The notes below the pieces were generated by a model. That model had not been told where the DNA came from and ran no database searches. It saw only the letters and a list, made by a program, of their open reading frames with translations. From Syntrophaceae bacterium (GTDB lineage Bacteria > Desulfobacterota > BSN033 > UBA1163), in assembly GCA_013388635.1 (NCBI GenBank), contig JACAEX010000032.1:2112-66111 (forward strand): a stretch of DNA of 64,000 nucleotides, given 5' to 3'. The position numbers were made by a program, and so were the translations under genes. This document shows, piece by piece, positions 1-10,442 of the stretch; position 1 is the stretch's first letter; every line of letters starts with the position of its first letter.

Positions 1-18
1 AAAGTGTTTGGGATTCTT

Positions 19-1932
19 TTAAAGGGAGGGACGATACCGTTCCAACCAGAGTTCCCATATAAGGAGGGTCCAGAGCTGTTTCCTGTTGTCTCTCTTGTTC
101 AGCAAGTGGTCTTGAAGAAGCGTGGCTACGTAGTCAGCATTGAGAAAACCTTCTTTTTTGATTCTCTGGGGTGAGAGAAGGTCAGCAAATAAGTCCTTCA
201 ATGGCCCTTTTACCCACTTTGCAATCGGGACTCCAAAACCCTTCTTTTTTCTTTCGACCACCGCGTGTGGAAGGAATTTCCTCATGGCCTTTTTGAGGAT
301 ATATTTTGAGGTAAACCCTTTCAACTTCAAACCTGACGGAAGTCCCATCACAAATTCAACCAGTTCATGATCGAGGAAAGGCGCCCTGACCTCCAATGAA
401 CATGCCATGCTCGCTCGATCCACCTTTACCAGAATGCTTTCCTGAAGGTAGAGTTTCAGATCGAGGTATTGAACAAGGGTGGTCAAATCTTTTAGCGGGA
501 AGCTTTCTTCATGTCTGGAAATCTCCTCCACCAGTTGGGTGCGATTAAAGTGATCGTTCAGCTGAGGAGAGACCACCTTCTCAATCTCCCAGAAGGGAAA
601 AGAGCCAAGCCAGACAGAGTTGCGGATGCCATCGGGGTATCCGATTCCTGAAAGAAACTTTTTCACCTTAAAATCAAAACTGATATTGTCATCGGAGACC
701 GGAAGCAAATTTCCTAAAAATTGGATAGCCGGATGTAAATTTCCTAAAAACGTCTCATATTGCCGAGCAAACTTGTGGGCCAAGTAGGTTGGATATCCAG
801 CGAAAAGTTCATCTCCTCCATCGCCACCGAGGGCCACTTTGACATATTGCCTGGTGAACCTGGATAGAAGATACGTGGGCAGAATGGAGGCATCTGCCAT
901 GGGTTCGTCCAGGATATCAGGCAGGCTGGGAACGATATTGAGCAGATCCTCGGGGGTCATCGTCTGCTCAAAGTGCTCCGTGCCAAGAAAGTGCGAAACA
1001 GAAGAGGCATATTCTGATTCATCAAAAGAAGGATCTTCAAAACCGATGGAGAACGTCTTTATCTTCCCCGGAACTTCCTTCTGCGCAAAGGCAGCAATGG
1101 CACTGGAATCAATGCCTCCGCTTAAAAAGATACCAAGAGGGACATCACTGATGAGCCTCCGTTTCACAGATTGTCTGAGAAGTTCGAGTATTCTGTTTTC
1201 AACTTCTGCCTCCGGCAGATTCCTTCCACCATATTCCGAAACGAAAGGAGACCAGTATTCTTCAACTTCGATTCCTTTCTTGGTCCAGATGAGGTATGAA
1301 GCGGGCAAAAGCTTCTTTGCATCCTGAAAGATGGTGTGGGGGCATGGAATGAACTCATGGAAAAGATACCTCATCAGCGAAAGAGGAGAAATCTTTCTCT
1401 GGAAATTGGGATGGGCCATGATCGCTTTCAATTCCGAAGCAAAAAGAAAGGTCCCGTTCACAGAGGCATAATAGAGCGGTTTCTTTCCCAGGCGGTCTCT
1501 CGCAAGAACGAGCTGCCGCTTCATTTCATCCCAGATGCCGATGGCGAACATCCCATTGAAATGTCGAAAACAACTTTCCCCATATTCTTCGTATGCGTGG
1601 GCGATCACTTCCGTATCCGAACGCGTCTTAAATCGATGGCCGAGGTTTTCGAGTTCCCTCTTCAATCCCTGGAAATTGTAAATCTCCCCATTGAATATCA
1701 CCCAAACCGTTCCATCCTCATTGCACAGGGGTTGATGTCCACCCTCAAGATCGATGATGCTCAGACGCCGATGCCCAAAGTACACGAATGGTCCCTGATC
1801 ATCCAAATGGCGGAGATACTCTCCTGCATCATCCGGGCCTCGATGGGTCAGGGTCTCCCTCATCCTTGTCAGGATTTCGGGCTCAGGAATATCAGAGACT
1901 TTTGACGTGAGAAATCCCACAATACCGCACAT
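19..1932 (-). CDS. asnB: Asparagine synthetase (glutamine-hydrolysing) family amidotransferase, 637 aa
   Basis: N-terminal MCGIVGF with Cys2, typical of Ntn glutamine amidotransferases. Central PP-loop region SGGIDSS and the full AsnB-like domain order are present. It is longer than E. coli AsnB and sits next to glycosyltransferases, so a glycan-modifying AsnB-family role is possible. Confidence 0.85.
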   Translation of the reverse strand: MCGIVGFLTSKVSDIPEPEILTRMRETLTHRGPDDAGEYLRHLDDQGPFVYFGHRRLSIIDLEGGHQPLCNEDGTVWVIFNGEIYNFQGLKRELENLGHRFKTRSDTEVIAHAYEEYGESCFRHFNGMFAIGIWDEMKRQLVLARDRLGKKPLYYASVNGTFLFASELKAIMAHPNFQRKISPLSLMRYLFHEFIPCPHTIFQDAKKLLPASYLIWTKKGIEVEEYWSPFVSEYGGRNLPEAEVENRILELLRQSVKRRLISDVPLGIFLSGGIDSSAIAAFAQKEVPGKIKTFSIGFEDPSFDESEYASSVSHFLGTEHFEQTMTPEDLLNIVPSLPDILDEPMADASILPTYLLSRFTRQYVKVALGGDGGDELFAGYPTYLAHKFARQYETFLGNLHPAIQFLGNLLPVSDDNISFDFKVKKFLSGIGYPDGIRNSVWLGSFPFWEIEKVVSPQLNDHFNRTQLVEEISRHEESFPLKDLTTLVQYLDLKLYLQESILVKVDRASMACSLEVRAPFLDHELVEFVMGLPSGLKLKGFTSKYILKKAMRKFLPHAVVERKKKGFGVPIAKWVKGPLKDLFADLLSPQRIKKEGFLNADYVATLLQDHLLNKRDNRKQLWTLLIWELWLERYRPSL

Positions 1933-2109
1933 AATATTTGGAAAGTAAAAATACCCTATGATGACCTTGGTATATGGGTAAAGGTTAGGAAGCCCGTTTC
2001 GTTTAAAGTTAAGGGGTTACGGAAAGTCTTTAAGACAAATAACGTAGCCAAAGTCCTTTGACGAAACTGGCATCTTTGCCCTTACCCCTTGGACCAAAAA
2101 CTTTATTTT

Positions 2110-3066
2110 TTAGGAAAGCATCTCTCTGATTTGATAAGTGGGTTTTCCCTGAGATTCGTAATAGGTCCGGATCAGGACCTCCGCAAGGAACCCCATCAGA
2201 ATTGAAACAAACCCAAGTACCAGAAGGAAGACCGTCAGGATGGGCATCGGCGTTAAAATGAAAGAAACCCCCCTGAAAAGCTTGAGATATACGGCATACG
2301 CCCCGGAAAGGATGGAGCCAAAGATCATCAAAAAACCCATTCCCCCAAATATGTAGATCGGCTTCTGGGAATAAGAGAGCAGGAATTTGACGACCATCAG
2401 ATCTAAAATCACTTTGAAGACCCTGTTCACCCCATATTTTGATGATCCGAACTTCCTGGGATGATGGTGCACGGGAATCTCCGCAACCCGGGCTCCAACC
2501 CATCTGGCATAAACCGGAATGAACCGATGCATCTCTCCGTAGAGACGGATGTTCCTCAAAATATCCTTCCGATAGGCCTTGAGCGTACATCCATGGTCAT
2601 GGATCTGGACTCCTCCGATAAAAGAGATTATCTTGTTTGCAATGATGGAGGGCAATCGACGCTTCAGAAAAGGATCTTTCCGATCTTTTCGCCACCCGCT
2701 TACGACATCGTACCCTTCTTCAATCTTACGGAGGAGCACAGGGATATCCTCCGGATCGTTCTGAAGATCACCATCCATGGGGACGATGATCTTTCCCTTT
2801 GAGAAATCGATGCCAGCGCTCAAGGCTGAGGTCTGTCCGAAATTGCGAGAAAAGGAGATGAACTTAATACGTGGATTCTTCATGCAAATGGGTCTCAACA
2901 CACTCAGCGTATCATCAGAGCTTCCGTCGTCAATAAATATGACTTCGTAATCCCTTTTGATATCGTTCATGACAGAAGTCAACTTTTCGCAAAGCGGTGA
3001 GATATTCTCTGCCTCGTTAAAGACAGGAATGATAACTGAAATCATCTCTTTTTCCGTCTGGGACAT
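2110..3066 (-). CDS. Family 2 glycosyltransferase, polyprenyl-phosphate sugar transferase type (GtrB/CsbB/ArnC/DPM1-like)
   Basis: Internal start MSQTEKEMISVIIPVFNEAENI matches the GT2 N-terminus. DxD-like IFIDDGSSDDT motif. Two C-terminal TM helices, typical of GtrB/ArnC. The ORF-track start at 3093 adds 9 residues and has no better RBS. Confidence 0.8.
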   Translation of the reverse strand: MSQTEKEMISVIIPVFNEAENISPLCEKLTSVMNDIKRDYEVIFIDDGSSDDTLSVLRPICMKNPRIKFISFSRNFGQTSALSAGIDFSKGKIIVPMDGDLQNDPEDIPVLLRKIEEGYDVVSGWRKDRKDPFLKRRLPSIIANKIISFIGGVQIHDHGCTLKAYRKDILRNIRLYGEMHRFIPVYARWVGARVAEIPVHHHPRKFGSSKYGVNRVFKVILDLMVVKFLLSYSQKPIYIFGGMGFLMIFGSILSGAYAVYLKLFRGVSFILTPMPILTVFLLVLGFVSILMGFLAEVLIRTYYESQGKPTYQIREMLS

Positions 3067-3135
3067 TGAAGATGAATCTCCTCGAAAAACCATCCGCAGG
3101 ATCGGGTTAAGGTGAAAGCGAAAAGAGCCGCTTAC

Positions 3136-3167
3136 TTAAACCACAAAGGCTATGGTTTGTGGCTTAA
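3136..3167. repeat. Imperfect inverted repeat: 12-bp arms TTAAACCACAAA / TTTGTGGCTTAA (1 mismatch) around an 8-nt spacer
   Basis: Read directly in the divergent intergenic region between the GT2 gene and the PBP1A gene. It is a possible operator or RNA hairpin. Confidence 0.4.
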
Positions 3168-3314
3168 GACCCATTCGAGTAACCCATTGCTAAAACCGGC
3201 CCTCCTGCCTACCGGCAAGCTGGTTCACCTTGACCTTAGCCCGGAGACTTTGTTCTCTTAGTTGAAAAACTTCTATCATTATTATATCCTTCAGTATGGA
3301 AGTCAAGAATTTAA

Positions 3315-5372
3315 ATGGAATCAAATCGGCTCGACAGAACAGTCAAGATCATCATTGCGATCACCATGTTCCTTCTAACCATGGGGATCGTATTTGGTAT
3401 AGTCTCGTATTTCTATTTCATTCACGATCTTCCGAGTATTGAAAACTTAAAGAACTATCGACCTCCTACGGTTACCAGATTCTTCTCAGAGGACGGAGAG
3501 ATCATCGCAGAGTTTTTCCTCGAAAAAAGAGAGGTCGTCTCCCTTGATCGGATTCCCCACCATTTGATCAGGGCCTTTGTTGCAGGAGAGGATGCGAGAT
3601 TCTTCCAGCATAAGGGTTTAGACTACGTCGCCATTGTCAGGGCCCTCCTCAAAAATATCTTTACTGGTGAGATTGTTCAGGGAGGCAGCACCATAACCCA
3701 ACAGGTGGTGAAGTCGCTCCTTCTCTCCTCCGAGAAGAGCTTTCCAAGGAAGATTCGCGAGGCGCTATTGGCTTTCAAAATCGAGAAGTACCTCTCTAAG
3801 GAAGAAATCCTCTACTTATATCTGAACCAGATCTACCTGGGGCATGGGTGCTACGGAGTTGCTGCTGCGGCAGAGGACTATTTTGGCAAAGCCATTGAAG
3901 AAGTGAACCTCGCAGAGGCTGCGCTTCTCGCGGGCTTACCCCAGGCACCCGGAAAGTACTCCCCTTACAATCATCCTGAACAAGCGAGAAGAAGACAGAT
4001 TTACGTCCTCAATCGGATGGTGGAGGAAGGTCTGATCTCCCACGATGAATACATGAAAGCCCTGCAGAGTCCTCTGAAGACGAAGGGAAAGCAGAACCCA
4101 TCTGTTGAGAATTCATCCCACTTTGTGGAGCACGTCAGGAGGTATGTGGAGGAGAAGTACGGTAAAGAAGCTCTATACAAGAACGGCCTCCAGGTTTACA
4201 CCACCATTGAGACCGATCTCCAGAAGGTCGCTCAGGCTGCGATCTTGGCCGGATTGGAGGAGATTGAAAAAAGGCAGAAGTACCCGCCTTCGGATAAATC
4301 GTCTTCTCTCCAGGGGGCGTTGGTCTGTTTCGACTTGGAAACAGGATATGTGAAGGCAATGGTCGGAGGCAGAGATTTCAGAAAGAGCCAGTTCAATCGC
4401 GCAACCCAGGCCCGCAGGCAGACCGGCTCAGCCTTCAAACCCATCGTCTATGCGTCAGCCCTGGACAAGGGTTATCATCCCGCTTCGCTTATTGTCGACT
4501 CTCCTGTCATTTTTGAATGGGAGGACAGAAAATGGAAACCCAAGAATTTTGAAGAAAAATTTTTTGGGCCGACCACGTTAAGAAATGGCCTCACCCATTC
4601 GATCAATATTGTAACCGTGAAGATCGCTCAGGATATTGGCATGGATTACATCAAAGATTATGCCAGAAAACTGGGGATATCCTCCCCCCTTCAAAATGAT
4701 CTCTCTATGGCTCTTGGCTCTTCCGGCGTCTCACTTTATGAACTGACGAAGGCCTATGCTGTATTTGCCAACCAGGGAAATAGCTTCAAACCCATCTTTG
4801 TCAAGAAGATTCTCGACAGGGATGGAAATCTCCTCGAGGAAAATCTTCCTCTGTCACATCCAGGGAGCTCGCGAAACGAAGAGCGTGTGATCAGCCCCCA
4901 AACGGCCTATATCATGACCAACCTCTTGCAAGGGGTCGTTCAGCACGGCACGGGCTGGAGAGCCAAAGCACTCGGTAGACCTATCGCTGCAAAGACGGGT
5001 ACAACTAACCAATTTCTCGATGCCTGGTTCATTGGATACACCCCGGACCTCATCGCAGGTGTCTGGGTGGGGTTCGACGAAGAAAGATCTCTTGGTGAGA
5101 ATGAAACTGGTTCCCGGGCAGCCTCGCCGATATGGGTAAATTTCATGTCGAAGATCTTAAAAGAAAGACCGATCAGAGAATTCCCTGTTCCTGAGGGGAT
5201 CGAGTTTGTGAGGGTCGATCCGAAAACAGGACAGCCCACTTCAGAAAAAGAGGGAACCCTTGAATGCTTCAAAGAAGGGACAGCACCACCTGCAGATAAG
5301 GCCTTTCAGCCACTGAAGATCTCAACAGACTTTTTCAAATCCGATTATAATCTTTCAATTAGGAGCCAATGA
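3315..5372 (+). CDS. mrcA: Penicillin-binding protein 1A (class A PBP: GT51 transglycosylase + transpeptidase)
   Basis: N-terminal TM anchor. GT51 motifs RFFQHKGLD, GGSTITQQ and RKIREA. Transpeptidase motifs SAFKP (SxxK), SIN (SxN) and KTGT. Confidence 0.9.
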   Translation: MESNRLDRTVKIIIAITMFLLTMGIVFGIVSYFYFIHDLPSIENLKNYRPPTVTRFFSEDGEIIAEFFLEKREVVSLDRIPHHLIRAFVAGEDARFFQHKGLDYVAIVRALLKNIFTGEIVQGGSTITQQVVKSLLLSSEKSFPRKIREALLAFKIEKYLSKEEILYLYLNQIYLGHGCYGVAAAAEDYFGKAIEEVNLAEAALLAGLPQAPGKYSPYNHPEQARRRQIYVLNRMVEEGLISHDEYMKALQSPLKTKGKQNPSVENSSHFVEHVRRYVEEKYGKEALYKNGLQVYTTIETDLQKVAQAAILAGLEEIEKRQKYPPSDKSSSLQGALVCFDLETGYVKAMVGGRDFRKSQFNRATQARRQTGSAFKPIVYASALDKGYHPASLIVDSPVIFEWEDRKWKPKNFEEKFFGPTTLRNGLTHSINIVTVKIAQDIGMDYIKDYARKLGISSPLQNDLSMALGSSGVSLYELTKAYAVFANQGNSFKPIFVKKILDRDGNLLEENLPLSHPGSSRNEERVISPQTAYIMTNLLQGVVQHGTGWRAKALGRPIAAKTGTTNQFLDAWFIGYTPDLIAGVWVGFDEERSLGENETGSRAASPIWVNFMSKILKERPIREFPVPEGIEFVRVDPKTGQPTSEKEGTLECFKEGTAPPADKAFQPLKISTDFFKSDYNLSIRSQ

Positions 5373-5375
5373 AGC

Positions 5376-7697
5376 TTACCATTGGACTAATTCGCTCTTC
5401 GGGTAACCTATGGTTGGCGCTCCACGGGAATTTCTCCTTGCAGAAACCCAAATCACCAGGAGTGACGATAGAAGACTTACCACCCCGGCTATGTAGACTA
5501 AGATTGGGCGGTAAATAAACCTTACCATGTGTGTCCCTGGAGGGGCCAACACTCCTCGGAAACAGCCGTTGACTCTGAAGATCGGAACCTTTTTCCCGTC
5601 GATGAAAGCCACCCAACCCGGGTACCACGAATCTCTTAAAACCAACAGACCTTCTAAAGGGCATTCTGTACGCACTAATACCTCTTCTGGGTCATCCAAT
5701 TCGAAAACCGCCTTTCCTTTGCTCGACGGGATCTCAGGGATCACTTCCGGCACGGGATTCCCCATGCCTTCAACCACTGCTACAGCATCGGTATCCCGGC
5801 TCAGAGAAAGTATCTGGTTTACCATGTTTGATCCCTCCTGATATCGGCAAGCCCGCTCAGCAAAGTAGAGTCGGCCGTGCGCTCCCGAAATTGCATAAGC
5901 CGAAAAATGGGTACCTCTGGTGAGCAGTTCCAACGCCAGCGATGGTGATTGGTCAGGCAACAATACAACACTTGCCCCCATGTGACTTAGAACGTTTGGG
6001 GAAAGGAAGTCGAAGAATACGGCTGTGTAGAAAGCGCTCCTCGGATGATGAAACATTGAATAATAATTATTCAGAAAGATAGCGGCGTTTACCTCGACAC
6101 ACCTAACACCATATACCTGGCCGAGGTTTGGTGGAATTGCAAAGTACAGCCTCGGGTCGACCGAGGCCACTCTTGCGTGCGGCCGGTAGGCCTTCAACCA
6201 TTCCACCACGAGGTTCGTTTTGAAATCGATCCTGTTCCATACCAACCTGTTCAATGAAAGAGGGAAGGCAAACGGAGCCAGGATGACCGCAGACATGAGC
6301 AGGGCGAATAGCCTCCCCCCGGCTATACGTAATATTACAAGCGCCAAAAGTCCGAATGCCAATAACAGGAAAGCAGTAGCTGGAAAGGCCGACATATCGT
6401 CTCTTGGCACTGGTGAACGAATGAACTGCCAGGCGCTTACACCTAACATCGTTGTTCCTACGGCAAATACCACTATCGCTTCACTTTTCTTCGATGTTCG
6501 ATAGGCGTCCAAGCCATATGGAGCAAGGAAAGAAATCGAAACCCAAAAGAGACCCTTTAGGTAGAGTGTTGGGAGGCCCATATAACTTAAGAGTCTCGAT
6601 AGCCGGCTTCCAGCCCAAGGCAGGGGAAGGAGAATGAAAAAGGCGATTGCGAGAAAAACGACCCAAACCGTTAGCAGCTTCTTCCGCTCAAAGAGTGCGC
6701 AAGCTAAGAGTGCACCGAGGGCGGGAAGTAAGAACATATCTGAAGGGAGAGTCACGAGTGATTTCCAACTGTAGTCGAATCCAAACCATCCATGTTTCTT
6801 GTAAAGATATCCCGAACTAAGTAACTTCAGAAGAGGAAGCCATAGAGCGGCCAGGCCTATTAACGTCATTCCGCTGACCACCCCCGTTATCTTGATCCTT
6901 TTGGAAAAGCTTTCTTGAATGATGCCAGGCCGTCTCCCGCCAAAAAGATAGGTGGTGAAGGCTACACCCGCCATAATTAGGCATGCTACCGGATGCCCGG
7001 AATGCCCCATAAGGAGGAAACAGAGCACTGCTCGGGCGATGCTTGGCCAATACCTCCATACCGCCTGTTCGAGGGTAAGGAGACACCAGGGAAGAACAAG
7101 GTAGGCTGCAGAATCTGTAAGAACCAAGCGATCAAGGACCCATGGGTTAAGAATGAAAAGGCCTGTCCCAAGAGTCACCGCAGCAGGGGAAATATCGCGC
7201 TTTGAAAGCCAAATGTAAGCACCTGTCCCCCCGAAGAGCAATCCGAGAAGAAGGGTTACTGAGTACATCCAGCTTGTTTGAAAGAGATAGAAGGGTAGCC
7301 GAAACGGATTAAACGGCCGACTTTGTCCGCTATCGAGCGTCGGGATACCTCCACCCGTATAGGGATCCCAAAGAGGCAACTTGCCTCGTTTCAGGTTAAA
7401 CGCGAAATAGAAATTCTCTGCCCAGGTGATCCCAATAGAACCAACTTCAGGGTCTTCAGCCCAGGGCATAAGATTGAACCTTTTAATCGCAGGATAATCG
7501 ACTCGGAGTGTTTGACCGGAACTTTGTGCCAACATGGAACTCCACTGAGGGTACTTTTCAAACGGTATGAAATTCTTGCCAGTAATGAGCGGAAAGAAGG
7601 TCACAGTTAGGAGGAGAAAAAGAAACAGCAGAGAATAAAGTTTCTCTCCTTTTATCGGAAGGGGTAATTTCAAGGTAGATCTCGAGCTGATTTTCAC
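5376..7697 (-). CDS. YfhO-family polytopic membrane protein (GT-C-like glycosyl transferase partner of GtrB/CsbB-type GT2)
   Basis: 773 aa with more than 10 predicted TM helices. The C-terminal beta-rich domain DSWYPGWVAFIDGKKVPIFRVNGCFRGVLAPPGTHMVRFIYRP resembles the conserved YfhO C-terminus. Confidence 0.6.
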   Translation of the reverse strand: MKISSRSTLKLPLPIKGEKLYSLLFLFLLLTVTFFPLITGKNFIPFEKYPQWSSMLAQSSGQTLRVDYPAIKRFNLMPWAEDPEVGSIGITWAENFYFAFNLKRGKLPLWDPYTGGGIPTLDSGQSRPFNPFRLPFYLFQTSWMYSVTLLLGLLFGGTGAYIWLSKRDISPAAVTLGTGLFILNPWVLDRLVLTDSAAYLVLPWCLLTLEQAVWRYWPSIARAVLCFLLMGHSGHPVACLIMAGVAFTTYLFGGRRPGIIQESFSKRIKITGVVSGMTLIGLAALWLPLLKLLSSGYLYKKHGWFGFDYSWKSLVTLPSDMFLLPALGALLACALFERKKLLTVWVVFLAIAFFILLPLPWAGSRLSRLLSYMGLPTLYLKGLFWVSISFLAPYGLDAYRTSKKSEAIVVFAVGTTMLGVSAWQFIRSPVPRDDMSAFPATAFLLLAFGLLALVILRIAGGRLFALLMSAVILAPFAFPLSLNRLVWNRIDFKTNLVVEWLKAYRPHARVASVDPRLYFAIPPNLGQVYGVRCVEVNAAIFLNNYYSMFHHPRSAFYTAVFFDFLSPNVLSHMGASVVLLPDQSPSLALELLTRGTHFSAYAISGAHGRLYFAERACRYQEGSNMVNQILSLSRDTDAVAVVEGMGNPVPEVIPEIPSSKGKAVFELDDPEEVLVRTECPLEGLLVLRDSWYPGWVAFIDGKKVPIFRVNGCFRGVLAPPGTHMVRFIYRPILVYIAGVVSLLSSLLVIWVSARRNSRGAPTIGYPKSELVQW

Positions 7698-7832
7698 CTT
7701 TGACTTAAGAAACTCCTCTACAGGTCAGGAATATAGCTAAATGGTATCCCGGTGTCAACTCAAAAACGACCGCATGTCAATTTCGTCGTAAATCGAATGA
7801 TATGTCGTTCGGAGTATCCCATAGGAAAATGG

Positions 7833-8903
7833 TTAAGATTTTCGAAAGACGAGGATGTGCGATGGCAGAAATGCAGTCTGAGGAAGATCAAATAAAGCAA
7901 GAATCGGGTCCGATAATTTCATCAAAAAACCATATATTTCTATCATTTTCTTCCTTAATTTTGAATCTGTGTCTCCACACCACGATTGGACGCCGACGGA
8001 TAAATCTTTCTTGCGAAACACCTTATTGAGACATACTGCGTCGGGCAACGTCCTTGCAATCTCCCAGTAGGTGCAACCTCGAAAGCCACCGGATAGAAGC
8101 TCTTCCTTGGACTGGCTCGCGAAAACCCTATTCGAACAATGGCGGGCAATAAAAATGGCTATGTCGAGAGGCAAGTAATTTACAAAAAATAGATTCGAGG
8201 TATGAAACTCCTTAAGCCATAATCGATTGGGGGTGCCAAAAATGATCAGTAACCCACCCTTTCTCAAAACTCGCCATAGGTCTCTTAAGACAACCCCCCT
8301 TTGCTGCGGAAGAACATGTTCCATGATAGCTTGAGCCCATACGATATCAAATTCACCATCTGGAAAGGGCATCGAATATTTGCCATCGATATACTCAATT
8401 TTTGCCAATCGATATCCCCTCTGGAAAAAATCATTCAATCTTGATTCGGCAATATCCAAGAGTGTTTGATCCACATCTACACCTGTGATATCGGTTGCTC
8501 CGCATCTGAGAAAGATCAATGTCGAAGCTCCTGCCCCACATCCGAAGTCAAGCATCCTCTTGTCTGAGAGAACAATGCCAAATTCTTTCAAAAGAATCTC
8601 TATCTTCCTCTCGAGGTAATTTTTATTCTCGCTCCGTTCTACCTCGTCCCTGAAATATCTTCCTTTTCTCAAAGCAATCTTCGTTAGCGTATCCAAGGAT
8701 AATAAGGTTTCGAATTCACTATATGGACAGTTATGACGACCTCCCGGCGCGACATGGTTCCCTTTAATGCATACCTTTCTCGAGACTCCAGAGTCTTTTA
8801 CAAAGATCTCCAAATCCTCAAAGGCTGTCGGTAGCTTTACACAACCCTTCAATCCATCTTCATTCGCCATGAGTGATCCTGTGAACCTCCATTGATTTCC
8901 CAT
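7833..8903 (-). CDS. Class I SAM-dependent methyltransferase with an N-terminal Cys-rich region
   Basis: Motif I LDFGCGAGASTL. Acidic post-I motif VDVD and LLIIFGTPN. The start codon is uncertain; MANEDG at 8870 is an alternative. Confidence 0.7.
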   Translation of the reverse strand: MGNQWRFTGSLMANEDGLKGCVKLPTAFEDLEIFVKDSGVSRKVCIKGNHVAPGGRHNCPYSEFETLLSLDTLTKIALRKGRYFRDEVERSENKNYLERKIEILLKEFGIVLSDKRMLDFGCGAGASTLIFLRCGATDITGVDVDQTLLDIAESRLNDFFQRGYRLAKIEYIDGKYSMPFPDGEFDIVWAQAIMEHVLPQQRGVVLRDLWRVLRKGGLLIIFGTPNRLWLKEFHTSNLFFVNYLPLDIAIFIARHCSNRVFASQSKEELLSGGFRGCTYWEIARTLPDAVCLNKVFRKKDLSVGVQSWCGDTDSKLRKKMIEIYGFLMKLSDPILALFDLPQTAFLPSHILVFRKS

Positions 8904-8993
8904 ATAATGTCACAATTTTCATATGGCTTGTCATTACATGCCCATAAGAAATCAAGGCCTTCATCTCCCTTGGTGGAAGTGCCTCGCCGGCAC

Positions 8994-10442
8994 TCACTTA
9001 TGCGGGGCGAATCCCTCTCGCAAAAGAATGTACCTGTCTTGGATATTATAAAGCTGGTAACGCCGAGCCAGTTCTGGTGTTCTCTGTGTCACTTGAAGCC
9101 ATTGTTCCTGGGTTACTTCCACAACGGGTGGAAGGGTTTTCAAAATTTGAATACCCAGCTTCCGCCACTGTTCGTCGCTGTAATATCCGGGCGTGCCAAA
9201 TGGCAAAAAGGTGAAACCCACAGCCGAGCGCCTGATATAGAGATATGATAGTCCGCCAAAAGCAGTGACGATCCGTTCATTCGGACCGAGATTGGTATCA
9301 ATCCAGCGGCCCAGGCCAAGCTTCAGAATCTCACCCCTCCAGCCCTGCATCTGGCGTGATGGCCGATAGGTCATGACAGCCTTTCCACTGAAGTTTGTGA
9401 TGACAAGGATTCCAACGACGATCCATATACTCAACACTGGGAAATGAAAACGAAGTTTCCAGTTCACCAATGACTGGAAAGCAGTGGCCGCACCCCATAA
9501 CCCAAAGCTACCCAGGAAAGCGATATGCACAATATCAACACGCGTAATTCCAAGAAGCAAAGGAGCGGTAGCTGCAACAGCCGCGCTGCCGATTACCAGA
9601 TCGCCATAATCAAATCGTTGTCGCCACTTGTTCACAATAACTCGAACTCCTGCTACGATTGCTCCGAAAATTGTAAATACGGGCAAGAACTTGACGATAT
9701 GAAGTCCAATCGTTCCCAGGCCACGCCAAGGCTGACCAACACTTTTGTGGAGGGCAAGGAATGCGGCAAGATAGGCGCCATAGCCCTGCGTCATCGCATC
9801 GGTTTGGCCTTGAGGGTAGTGATTGAAAACCCATTCGACCGTCCCGTACCACATCTGATCGAGTGCCCCGACCACACCTAAGTAAATGATAAACGGGAAA
9901 ATACTTAGTAGCGCCCCTACGAACAACCTGAATGCACGGATCAAACTCTCCTTCCAGCTTCGCTGGGCGACCCCTGTTATGGCCAGCGCAAGGATAGATC
10001 CAACCAGGACTGGTAGTCCGAGCGATTGAACGGTAAAGGCACTCAGTCCAAGGCTGGCTCCGGCAGCCACCTCTCTGTTTGCCCGGCTTCGGCCTGTCAC
10101 CAATAGATAAATGCCCATAAAAACAAAAGCCTCGGCCAGCCAGTGTGGGGATGTGTAAGGATACATCGGAACCAGGAGGCATGCATGCACTACCGCTGTG
10201 ACTGCACCAGCTAAGGGCCCAAGGCTTCGCCTGACCAGTAATCCAATAAGCGTGGCGCTGAAAGCTGTAATCAATATGTTTAACGCCCGTGCTGCGGCTA
10301 TGGATGGGCCGGTAAAGGCAAACAAGCCCGCATAAACGTAATAGAAAACCGGTCCTTGAAATTGGAAGAAATCGCGGTAGATCACCTCACCTGATGTGAT
10401 ACGAAAGGAATCGTAAAGGACCGTTCCCTCATCGATAACCAA
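8994..10442 (-). CDS. GT-C superfamily membrane glycosyltransferase (ArnT/PMT-like, COG1807-like). The annotated start is a TTG, and the likely true N-terminus lies upstream with no canonical start codon.
   Basis: Many TM helices. The DE motif (VIDEG) sits immediately after a TM helix, LFAVCIFLFAVLVHLPYIA. That helix is encoded in frame upstream (10443..10643) before a TAA stop at about 10644..10646. No in-frame ATG, GTG or TTG precedes it. Confidence 0.55.
   Translation of the reverse strand: MVIDEGTVLYDSFRITSGEVIYRDFFQFQGPVFYYVYAGLFAFTGPSIAAARALNILITAFSATLIGLLVRRSLGPLAGAVTAVVHACLLVPMYPYTSPHWLAEAFVFMGIYLLVTGRSRANREVAAGASLGLSAFTVQSLGLPVLVGSILALAITGVAQRSWKESLIRAFRLFVGALLSIFPFIIYLGVVGALDQMWYGTVEWVFNHYPQGQTDAMTQGYGAYLAAFLALHKSVGQPWRGLGTIGLHIVKFLPVFTIFGAIVAGVRVIVNKWRQRFDYGDLVIGSAAVAATAPLLLGITRVDIVHIAFLGSFGLWGAATAFQSLVNWKLRFHFPVLSIWIVVGILVITNFSGKAVMTYRPSRQMQGWRGEILKLGLGRWIDTNLGPNERIVTAFGGLSYLYIRRSAVGFTFLPFGTPGYYSDEQWRKLGIQILKTLPPVVEVTQEQWLQVTQRTPELARRYQLYNIQDRYILLREGFAPHK

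Noticed and set aside
839-1905. Plus-strand ORFs 839..1327 and 1336..1905 inside asnB.
   Set aside because: Antisense to a clear AsnB-family gene. Ser/Arg-rich compositions with no motif.
2068-2082. TGGCATCTTTGC resembling a sigma-54 element.
   Set aside because: The GG to GC spacing is 3 nt too short. It is also oriented on the plus strand, pointing into the 3' end of a minus-strand gene.
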